This document shows positions 53,067 to 64,000 of a stretch of DNA of 64,000 nucleotides, piece by piece. The translations under genes were made by a program, and so were the position numbers. Numbering within the stretch: the first letter of the stretch is position 1; each line of letters begins with the position of its first letter. This DNA is from Auanema rhodensis (Eukaryota > Animalia > Nematoda): NCBI GenBank assembly GCA_964057225.1, contig OZ059900.1, forward strand, positions 8,060,001-8,124,000. Reading direction: 5' to 3'. The notes under the pieces are model-generated. The model saw only the letters and a list, made by a program, of their open reading frames with translations. It was not told where the DNA came from and did no database searches.

Positions 53067-56000
53067 AAACGCCATATATTCAACGATTTTGAGTACAAAA
53101 CATGTGAAAACTGTATGTTTTGATCAGACCCTTTGAGATATGGAATTGAAATTCAGGATTCATAAACTTTGACTATTATTACATATATATGTCCAATTTT
53201 AACCACTTTGGTCAAAAAGGACCGAAAATATCAAGAATTATTGGTTTTTTGGGGTTTGAAGGGCATTTTGGCTAAATCAGTCAAACTTTTGATCTTAAGC
53301 ATATTTTTTTCTTCTAAAACGACTAAATGAATGAAATACTGTCATAGAATGTTCATATAGGTGTATTTTGCACGAATATCAAAACTGATTGAAATATGGG
53401 CCTTTTTATGCTCAAAACGCCATATATTCAACGATTTTGGGTACAAAACATGTGAAAACTGTATGTTTTGATCAGACCCTTTGAGATATGGATTTGAAAT
53501 TCAGGATTCATAAACTTTGACTATTATTACATATATATGTTCAATTGTAACCACTTTGGTCAAAAAGGACCGAAAATATCAAGAATTATTGGTTTTTTGG
53601 GGTTTGAAGGGCATTTTGGCTAAATCAGTCAAACTTTTGATCTTAAGCATATTTTTTTCTTCTAAAACGACTAAATGTATGAAATACTGTCATAGAATGT
53701 TGATATAGGTGTATTTTGCACGAATATCAAAACTGATTGAAATATGGGCCTTTTTATGCTCAAAACGCCATATATTCAACGATTTTGGGTTCAAAACATG
53801 TGAAAACTGTATGTTTTGATCAGACCCTTTGAGATATGGATTTGAAATTCAGGATCCATAAACTTTGACTATTTTTACATATATATGTTCAATTTTAACC
53901 ACTATGGTCAAAAAGGACCGAAAATATCAAGAATTATTGGTTTTTTGGGGTTTGAAGGGCATTTTGGCAAAATCAGTCAAACTTTTGATCTTAAGCAGAT
54001 TTTTTTCTTCTAAAACGACTAAATGTATGAAATACTGTCATAGAATGTTCATATAGGTGTATTTTGCACGAATATCAAAACTGATTGAAATATGGGCCTT
54101 TTTATGCTCAAAACGCCATATATTCAACGATTTTGGGTTCAAAACATGAGAAAACTGTATGTTTTGATCAGACCCTTTGAGATATGGATTTGAAATTCAG
54201 GATCCATAAACTTTGACTATTTTTACATATATATGTTCAATTTTAACCACTATGGTCAAAAAGGACCGAAAATATCAAGAATTATTGGTTTTTTGGGGTT
54301 TGAAGGGCATTTTGGCAAAATCAGTCAAACTTTTGATCTTAAGCATATTTTTTTCTTCTAAAACGACTAAATGTATGAAATACTGTCATAGAATGTTCAT
54401 ATAGGTGTATTTTGCACGAATATCAAAACTGATTGAAATATGGGCCTTTTTATGCTCAAAACGCCATATATTCAACGATTTTGGGTTCAAAACATGTGAA
54501 AACTGTATGTTTTGATCAGACCCTTTGAGATATGGATTTGAAATTCAGGATCCATAAACTTTGACTATTTTTACATATATATGTTCAATTTTAACCACTA
54601 TGGTCAAAAAGGACCGAAAATATCAAGAATTATTGGTTTTTTGGGGTTTGAAGGGCATTTTGGCAAAATCAGTCAAACTTTTGATCTTAAGCAGATTTTT
54701 TTCTTCTAAAACGACTAAATGTATGAAATACTGTCATAGAATGTTCATATAGGTGTATTTTGCACGAATATCAAAACTGATTGAAATATGGGCCTTTTTA
54801 TGCTCAAAACGCCATATATTCAACGATTTTGAGTACAAAACATGTGAAAACTGTATGTTTTGATCAGACCCTTTGAGATATGGAATTGAAATTCAGGATT
54901 CATAAACTTTGACTATTATTACATATATATGTCCAATTTTAACCACTTTGGTCAAAAAGGACCGAAAATATCAAGAATTATTGGTTTTTTGGGGTTTGAA
55001 GGGCATTTTGGCTAAATCAGTCAAACTTTTGATCTTAAGCATATTTTTTTCTTCTAAAACGACTAAATGAATGAAATACTGTCATAGAATGTTCATATAG
55101 GTGTATTTTGCACGAATATCAAAACTGATTAAAATATGGGCCTTTTTATGCTCAAAACGCCATATATTCAACGATTTTGGGTACAAAACATGTGAAAACT
55201 GTATGTTTTGATCAGACCCTTTGAGATATGGATTTGAAATTCAGGATTCATAAACTTTGACTATTATTACATATATATGTTCAATTGTAACCACTTTGGT
55301 CAAAAAGGACCGAAAATATCAAGAATTATTGGTTTTTTGGGGTTTGAAGGGCATTTTGGCTAAATCAGTCAAACTTTTGATCTTAAGCATATTTTTTTCT
55401 TCTAAAACGACTAAATGTATGAAATACTGTCATAGAATGTTGATATAGGTGTATTTTGCACGAATATCAAAACTGATTGAAATATGGGCCTTTTTATGCT
55501 CAAAACGCCATATATTCAACGATTTTGGGTTCAAAACATGTGAAAACTGTATGTTTTGATCAGACCCTTTGAGATATGGATTTGAAATTCAGGATCCATA
55601 AACTTTGACTATTTTTACATATATATGTTCAATTTTAACCACTATGGTCAAAAAGGACCGAAAATATCAAGAATTATTGGTTTTTTGGGGTTTGAAGGGC
55701 ATTTTGGCAAAATCAGTCAAACTTTTGATCTTAAGCAGATTTTTTTCTTCTAAAACGACTAAATGTATGAAATACTGTCATAGAATGTTCATATAGGTGT
55801 ATTTTGCACGAATATCAAAACTGATTGAAATATGGGCCTTTTTATGCTCAAAACGCCATATATTCAACGATTTTGGGTTCAAAACATGAGAAAACTGTAT
55901 GTTTTGATCAGACCCTTTGAGATATGGATTTGAAATTCAGGATCCATAAACTTTGACTATTTTTACATATATATGTTCAATTTTAACCACTATGGTCAAA

Positions 56001-56571
56001 AAGGACCGAAAATATCAAGAATTATTGGTTTTTTGGGGTTTGAAGGGCATTTTGGCAAAATCAGTCAAACTTTTGATCTTAAGCATATTTTTTTCTTCTA
56101 AAACGACTAAATGTATGAAATACTGTCATAGAATGTTCATATAGGTGTATTTTGCACGAATATCAAAACTGATTGAAATATGGGCCTTTTTATGCTCAAA
56201 ACGCCATATATTCAACGATTTTGGGTTCAAAACATGTGAAAACTGTATGTTTTGATCAGACCCTTTGAGATATGGATTTGAAATTCAGGATCCATAAACT
56301 TTGACTATTTTTACATATATATGTTCAATTTTAACCACTATGGTCAAAAAGGACCGAAAATATCAAGAATTATTGGTTTTTTGGGGTTTGAAGGGCATTT
56401 TGGCAAAATCAGTCAAACTTTTGATCTTAAGCAGATTTTTTTCTTCTAAAACGACTAAATGTATGAAATACTGTCATAGAATGTTCATATAGGTGTATTT
56501 TGCACGAATATCAAAACTGATTGAAATATGGGCCTTTTTATGCTCAAAACGCCATATATTCAACGATTTTG
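53067..56571 (+). repeat. Tandem duplication, unit 1740 bp (5 monomers), 2 copies
   Basis: GGAATTGAA and AAATGAATG at ~53145/54885 and ~53330/55070; AAGCAGATTT in monomers 53865/55605 and 54561/56301. Confidence 0.88.
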
Positions 56572-59500
56572 GGTTCAAAACATGAGAAAACTGTATGTTT
56601 TGATCAGACCCTTTGAGATATGGATTTGAAATTCAGGATCCATAAACTTTGACTATTTTTACATATATATGTTCAATTTTAACCACTATGGTCAAAAAGG
56701 ACCGAAAATATCAAGAATTATTGGTTTTTTGGGGTTTGAAGGGCATTTTGGCAAAATCAGTCAAACTTTTGATCTTAAGCATATTTTTTTCTTCTAAAAC
56801 GACTAAATGTATGAAATACTGTCATAGAATGTTCATATAGGTGTATTTTGCACGAATATCAAAACTGATTGAAATATGGGCCTTTTTATGCTCAAAACGC
56901 CATATATTCAACGATTTTGGGTACAAAACATGTGAAAACTGTATGTTTTGATCAGACCCTTTGAGATATGGATTTGGAATTGAGGATTCATAAACTTTGA
57001 CTATTTTTACATATATATGTTCAATTTTAACCACTTTGGTCAAAAAGGACCGAAAATATCAAGAATTATTGGTTTTTTGGGGTTTGAAGGGCATTTTGGC
57101 AAAATCAGTCAAACTTTTGATCTTAAGCATTTTTTTTTCTTCTAAAACGACTAAATGTATGAAATACTGTCATAGATTGTTCATATAGGTGTATTTTGCA
57201 CGAATATCAAAACTGATTGAAATATGGGCCTTTTTATGCTCCAAACGCCATATATTCAACGATTTTGAGTACAAAACATGTGAAAACTGTATGTTTTGAT
57301 CAGACCCTTTGAGATATGGATTTGAAATTCAGGATTCATAAACTTTGACTATTATTACATATATATGTTCAATTGTAACCACTTTGGTCAAAAAGGACCG
57401 AAAATATCAAGAATTATTGGTTTTTTGGGGTTTGAAGGGCATTTTGGCTAAATCAGTCAAACTTTTGATCTTAAGCATATTTTTTTCTTCTAAAACGACT
57501 AAATGTATGAAATACTGTCATAGAATGTTCATATAGGTGTATTTTGCACGAATATCAAAACTGATTGAAATATGGGCCTTTTTATGCTCAAAACGCCATA
57601 TATTCAACGATTTTGGGTACAAAACATGTGAAAACTGTATGTTTTGATCAGACCCTTTGAGATATGGATTTGGAATTCAGGATTCATAAACTTTGACTAT
57701 TTTTACATATATATGTTCAATTTTAACCACTTTGGTCAAAAAGGACCGAAAATATCAAGAATTATTGGTTTTTTGGGGTTTGAAGGGCATTTTGGCTAAA
57801 TCAGTCAAACTTTTGATCTTAAGCATATTTTTTTCTTCTAAAACGACTAAATGTATGAAATACTGTCATAGAATGTTCATATAGGTGTATTTTGCACGAA
57901 TATCAAAACTGATTGAAATATGGGCCTTTTTATGTTCAAAACGCCATATATTCAACGATTTTGGGTACAAAACATGTGAAAACTGTATGTTTTGATCAGA
58001 CCCTTTGAGATATGGATTTGAAATTCAGGATTCATAAACTTCGACTATTTTTACATATATAAGTCCAATTTTAACCACTTTGGTCAAAAAGGACCGAAAA
58101 TATCAAGAATTATTGGTTTTTTGGGGATTGAAGGGCATTTTGGCAAAATCAGTCAAACTTTTGATCTTAAGCATATTTTTTTCTTCTAAAACGACTAAAT
58201 GTATGAAATACTGTCAAAGAATGTTCATATAGGTGTATTTTGCACGAATATCAAAACTGATTGAAATATGGGCCTTTTTATGCTTAAAACGCCATATATT
58301 CAACGATTTTGGGTACAAAACATGTGAAAACTGTTTGTTTTGATCAGACCCTTTGAGATATGGATTTGAAATTCAGGATTCATAAACTTTGACTATTTTT
58401 ACATATATATGTCCAATTTTAACCACTTTGGTCAAAAAGGACCGAAAATATCAAGAATTATTGGTTTTTTGGGGATTGAAGGGCATTTTGGCAAAATCAG
58501 TCAAACTTTTGATCTTAAGCATATTTTTTTCTTCTAAAACGACTAAATGTATGAAATACTGTCATAGAATGTTCATATAGGTGTATTTTGCACGAATATC
58601 AAAACTGATGGAAATATGGGCCTTTTTATGCTCAAAACGCCATATATTCAACGATTTTGGGTACAAAACATGTGAAAACTGTATGTTTTGATCAGACCCT
58701 TTGAGATATGGATTTGAAATTCAGGACTCATAAACTTTGACTATTTTTACATATATATGTCCAATTTCAACCACTTTGGTCAAAAAGGACCGAAAATATC
58801 AAGAATTATTGGTTTTTTGGGGTTTGAAGGGCATTTTGGCTGAATCAGTCAAACTTTTGATCTTAAGCATATTTTTTTCTTCTAAAACGACTAAATGTAT
58901 GAAATACTGTCATAGAATGTTCATATAGGTGTATTTTGCACGAATATCAAAACTGATTGAAATATGGGCCTTTTTATGCTCAAAACGCCATATATTCAAC
59001 GATTTTGGGTACAAAACATGTGAAAACTGTATGTTTTGATCAGACCCTTTGAGATATGGATTTGGAATTCAGGATTCATAAACTTTGACTATTTTTACAT
59101 ATATATGTTCAATTTTAACCACTTTGGTCAAAAAGGACCGAAAATATCAAGAATTATTGGTTTTTTGGGGTTTGAAGGGCATTTTGGCTAAATCAGTCAA
59201 ACTTTTGATCTTAAGCATATTTTTTTCTTCTAAAACGACTAAATGTATGAAATACTGTCATAGAATGTTCATATAGGTGTATTTTGCACAAATATCAAAA
59301 CTGATTGAAATATGGGCCTTTTTATGTTCAAAACGCCATATATTCAACGATTTTGGGTACAAAACATGTGAAAACTGTATGTTTTGATCAGACCCTTTGA
59401 GATATGGATTTGAAATTCAGGATTCATAAACTTCGACTATTTTTACATATATAAGTCCAATTTTAACCACTTTGGTCAAAAAGGACCGAAAATATCAAGA

Positions 59501-62500
59501 ATTATTGGTTTTTTGGGGATTGAAGGGCATTTTGGCAAAATCAGTCAAACTTTTGATCTTAAGCATATTTTTTTCTTCTAAAACGACTAAATGTATGAAA
59601 TACTGTCATAGAATGTTCATATAGGTGTATTTTGCACGAATATCAAAACTGATTGAAATATGGGCCTTTTTATGCTCAAAACGCCATATATTCAACGATT
59701 TTGGGTACAAAACATGTGAAAACTGTATGTTTTGATCAGACCCTTTGAGATATGGATTTGAAATTCAGGATTCATAAACTTTGACTATTTTTACATATAT
59801 ATGTTCAATTGTAACCACTTTGGTCAAAAAGGACCGAAAATATCAAGAATTATTGGTTTTTTGGGGTTTGAAGGGCATTTTGGCTAAATCAGTCAAACTT
59901 TTGATCTTAAGCATATTTTTTTCTTCTAAAACGACTAAATGTATGAAATACTGTCATAGAATGTTGATATAGGTGTATTTTGCACGAATATCAAAACTGA
60001 TTGAAATATGGGCCTTTTTATGCTCAAAACGCCATATATTCAACGATTTTGGGTACAAAACATGTGAAAACTGTATGTTTTGATCAGACCCTTTGAGATA
60101 TGGATTTGGAATTCAGGATTCATAAACTTTGACTATTTTTACATATATATGTTCAATTTTAACCACTCTGGTCAAAAAGGACCGAAAATATCAAGAATTA
60201 TTGGTTTTTTGGGGTTTGAAGGGCATTTTGGCAAAATCAGTCAAACTTTTGATCTTAAGCATTTTTTTTCTTCTAAAACGACTAAATCTATGAAATACTG
60301 TCATAGATTGTTCATATAGGTGTATTTTGCAGGAATATCAAAACTGATTGAAATATGGGCCTTTTTATGCTCCAAACGCCATATATTCAACGATTTTGAG
60401 TACAAAACATGTGAAAACTGTATGTTTTGATCAGACCCTTTGAGATATGGATTTGAAATTCAGGATTCATAAACTTTGACTATTATTACATATATATGTC
60501 CAATTTTAACCACTTTGGTCAAAAAGGACCGAAAATATCAAGAATTATTGGTTTTTTGGGGTTTGAAGGGCATTTTGGCTAAATCAGTCAAACTTTTGAT
60601 CTTAAGCATATTTTTTTCTTCTAAAACGACTAAATGTATGAAATACTGTCATAGAATGTTCATATAGGTGTGTTTTGCACGAATATCAAAACTGATTGAA
60701 ATATGGGCCTTTTTATGTTCAAAACGCCATATATTCAACGATTTTGGGTACAAAACATGTGAAAACTGTATGTTTTGATCAGACCCTTTGAGATATGGAT
60801 TTGAAATTCAGGATTCATAAACTTTGACTATTTTTACATATATATGTCCAATTTTAACCACTTTGGTCAAAAAGGACCGAAAATATCAAGAATTATTGGT
60901 TTTTTGGGGATTAAAGGGCATTTTGGCAAAATCAGTCAAACTTTTGATCTTAAGCATATTTTTTTCTTCTAAAACGACTAAATGTATGAAATACTGTCAA
61001 AGAATGTTCATATAGGTGTATTTTGCACGAATATCAAAACTGATTGAAATATGGGCCTTTTTATGCTCAAAACGCCATATATTCAACGATTTTGGGTACA
61101 AAACATGTGAAAACTGTATGTTTTGATCAGACCCTTTGAGATATGGATTTGAAATTCAGGATTCATAAACTTTGACTATTTTTACATATATATGTTCAAT
61201 TGTAACCACTTTGGTCAAAAAGGACCGAAAATATCAAGAATTATTGGTTTTTTGGGGTTTGAAGGGCATTTTGGCTAAATCAGTCAAACTTTTGATCTTA
61301 AGCATATTTTTTTCTTCTAAAACGACTAAATGTATGAAATACTGTCATAGAATGTTGATATAGGTGTATTTTGCACGAATATCAAAACTGATTGAAATAT
61401 GGGCCTTTTTATGCTCAAAACGCCATATATTCAACGATTTTGGGTACAAAACATGTGAAAACTGTATGTTTTGATCAGACCCTTTGAGATATGGATTTGA
61501 AATTCAGGATTCATAAACTTTGACTATTTTTACATATATATGTTCAATTGTAACCACTTTGGTCAAAAAGGACCGAAAATATCAAGAATTATTGGTTTTT
61601 TGGGGTTTGAAGGGCATTTTGGCTAAATCAGTCAAACTTTTGATCTTAAGCATATTTTTTTCTTCTAAAACGACTAAATGTATGAAATACTGTCATAGAA
61701 TGTTGATATAGGTGTATTTTGCACGAATATCAAAACTGATTGAAATATGGGCCTTTTTATGCTCAAAACGCCATATATTCAACGATTTTGGGTACAAAAC
61801 ATGTGAAAACTGTATGTTTTGATCAGACCCTTGAAGATATGGATTTGGAATTCAGGATTCATAAACTTTGACTATTTTTACATATATATGTTCAATTTTA
61901 ACCACTTTGGTCAAAAAGGACCGAAAATATCAAGAATTATTGGTTTTTTGGGGTTTGAAGGGCATTTTGGCTAAATCAGTCAAACTTTTGATCTTAAGCA
62001 TATTTTTTTCTTCTAAAACGACTAAATGTATGAAATACTGTCATAGAATGTTCATATAGGTGTATTTTGCACGAATATCAAAACTGATTGAAATATGGGC
62101 CTTTTTATGCTCAAAACGCCATATATTCAACGATTTTGGGTACAAAACATGTGAAAACTGTATGTTTTGATCAGACCCTTTGAGATATGGATTTGAAATT
62201 CAGGACTCATAAACTTTGACTATTTTTACATATATATGTCCAATTTCAACCACTTTGGTCAAAAAGGACCGAAAATATCAAGAATTATTGGTTTTTTGGG
62301 GTTTGAAGGGCATTTTGGCTGAATCAGTCAAACTTTTGATCTTAAGCATATTTTTTTCTTCTAAAACGACTAAATGTATGAAATACTGTCATAGAATGTT
62401 GATATAGGTGTATTTTGCACGAATATCAAAACTGATTGAAATATGGGCCTTTTTATGCTCAAAACGCCATATATTCAACGATTTTGGGTACAAAACATGT

Positions 62501-64000
62501 GAAAACTGTATGTTTTGATCAGACCCTTTGAGATATGGATTTGGAATTGAGGATTCATAAACTTTGACTATTTTTACATATATATGTTCAATTTTAACCA
62601 CTTTGGTCAAAAAGGACCGAAAATATCAAGAATTATTGGTTTTTTGGGGTTTGAAGGGCATTTTGGCAAAATCAGTCAAACTTTTGATCTTAAGCATCTT
62701 TTTTTCTTCTAAAACGACTAAATGTATGAAATACTGTCATAGATTGTTCATATAGGTGTATTTTGCACGAATATCAAAACTGATTGAAATATGGGCCTTT
62801 TTATGCTCCAAACGCCATATATTCAACGATTTTGAGTACAAAACATGTGAAAACTGTATGTTTTGATCAGACCCTTTGAGATATGGATTTGAAATTCAGG
62901 ATTCATAAACTTTGACTATTATTACATATATATGTCCAATTTTAACCACTTTGGTCAAAAAGGACCGAAAATATCAAGAATTATTGGTTTTTTGGAGTTT
63001 GAAGGGCATTTTGGCTAAATCAGTCAAACTTTTGATCTTAAGCATATTTTTTTCTTCTAAAACGACTAAATGTATGAAATACTGTCATAGAATGTTCATA
63101 TAGGTGTATTTTGCACGAATATCAAAACTGATTGAAATATGGGCCTTTTTATGCTCAAAACGCCATATATTCAACGATTTTGGGTACAAAACATGTGAAA
63201 ACTGTATGTTTTGATCAGACCCTTTGAGATATGGATTTGAAATTCAGGATTCATAAACTTTGACTATTTTTACATATATATGTCCAATTTTAACCACTTT
63301 GGTCAAAAAGGACCGAAAATATCAAGAATTATTGGTTTTTTGGGGTTTGAAGGGCATTTTGGCAAAATCAGTCAAACTTTTGATCTTAAGCATATTTTTT
63401 TCTTCTAAAACGACTAAATGTATGAAATACTGTCATAGAATGTTCATATAGGTGTATTTTGCACGAATATCAAAACTGATTGAAATATGGGCCTTTTTAT
63501 GCTCAAAACGCCATATATTCAACGATTTTGGGTACAAAACATGTGAAAACTGTATGTTTTGATCAGACCCTTTGAGATATGGATTTGAAATTCAGGACTC
63601 ATAAACTTTGACTATTTTTACATATATATGTTCAATTGTAACCACTTTGGTCAAAAAGGACCGAAAATATCAAGAATTATTGGTTTTTTGGGGTTTGAAG
63701 GGCATTTTGGCTAAATCAGTCAAACTTTTGTTCTTAAGCATATTTTTTTCTTCTAAAACGACTAAATGTATGAAATACTGTCATAGAATGTTCATATAGG
63801 TGTATTTTGCACGAATATCAAAACTGATTGAAATATGGGCCTTTTTATGCTCAAAACGCCATATATTCAACGATTTTGGGTACAAAACATGTGAAAACTG
63901 TATGTTTTGATCAGACCCTTTGAGATATGGATTTGGAATTCAGGATTCATAAACTTTGACTATTTTTACATATATATGTTCAATTTTAACCACTTTGGTC

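Larger units (their letters stand above)
38935..62660 (+). repeat. Large collinear tandem duplication (copy 1 ~11.5 kb, 33 monomers; copy 2 ~12.2 kb, 35 monomers) of an inferred 26-monomer block
   Basis: Ordered private variants shared between 38.9-50.4 kb and 50.4-62.6 kb: GGCGAAATC, AAAAAAGACC+CAGAGA, CATAGTATG, ATATTTGTCC, CCCTTGAAG, GGAATTGAA+AAATGAATG, CATGAGAA, GAATTGAGG, ATAAGTCC, CACTCTGG, GGATTAAAG. Confidence 0.85.
1..64000. repeat. 348-bp satellite DNA tandem array (~181 full monomers plus 11 truncated 99-bp units), AT-rich, candidate centromeric/pericentromeric satellite
   Basis: The same sequence recurs every 348 bp (landmarks at 237, 585; 1380, 1728, 2076 and so on) from the first to the last base. 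All landmark spacings equal n*348, n*348+99 or n*348-1. Hand count gives 104 G+C in 348 bp (241-588). The array runs off both window ends. Centromeric location is inference only. Confidence 0.99.

Noticed and set aside
2834-62610. 65-79 aa ORFs on either strand (MIRPF..., MYPKS..., MTKVV...)
   Set aside because: Each is created by a single stop-removing variant or a 1-bp deletion in particular monomers. They are not genes under the standard code; the TGA-only minus frame is kept separately as a finding.
237-63799. Repeated 63-aa plus-strand ORF (MTIFTYICS...) as a tandem gene family
   Set aside because: It starts at TTG, not ATG, and has no recognisable domain. Many monomers lose it through TTG->TCG, internal TGA (GGACTGA, AAATGAATG) or frameshifts, and most variants change amino acids. 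It recurs only because the monomer recurs.
1-64000. CRISPR array or other repeat-spacer/cassette system
   Set aside because: There are no unique spacers or cassettes; the entire unit is repeated and no cas or integrase genes are present.
1-64000. 5S rDNA, tRNA, snRNA or spliced-leader tandem array
   Set aside because: I recognise no 5S, tRNA or snRNA sequence, no Pol III A/B/C boxes and no conserved-gene versus variable-spacer partition. An Rfam cmscan of the monomer would settle it.

Overview
The whole 64-kb window is one head-to-tail satellite DNA array. It holds about 181 copies of a 348-bp, ~30% GC monomer, with copies differing at only a few sites, all in one orientation and with no interrupting sequence seen. 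It looks like the homogenised interior of a eukaryotic (peri)centromeric or other heterochromatic array; the organism and any centromere function cannot be determined from sequence alone. I find no credible genes, and the ~140 ORF-track entries are the same few frames repeated once per monomer. Diagnostic variants reveal internal structure: (i) eleven identical 99-bp truncated monomers (a 249-bp deletion) confined to the first 30.5 kb, with both breakpoints at hairpin loops; (ii) nested tandem duplications of 3, 4, 5, 7, 8, 9 and 15 monomers, several with breakpoints mappable to chimeric monomers; (iii) a duplicated ancestral 26-monomer (~9 kb) block in the right third; (iv) a switch of variant subfamily near 38 kb. 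The monomer has many dyads, roughly 10.5-bp phased A/T tracts and weak traces of a ~170-bp dimer. One minus-strand frame contains only TGA stops, which is probably coincidental. All counts and alignments were done by eye plus coordinate arithmetic.
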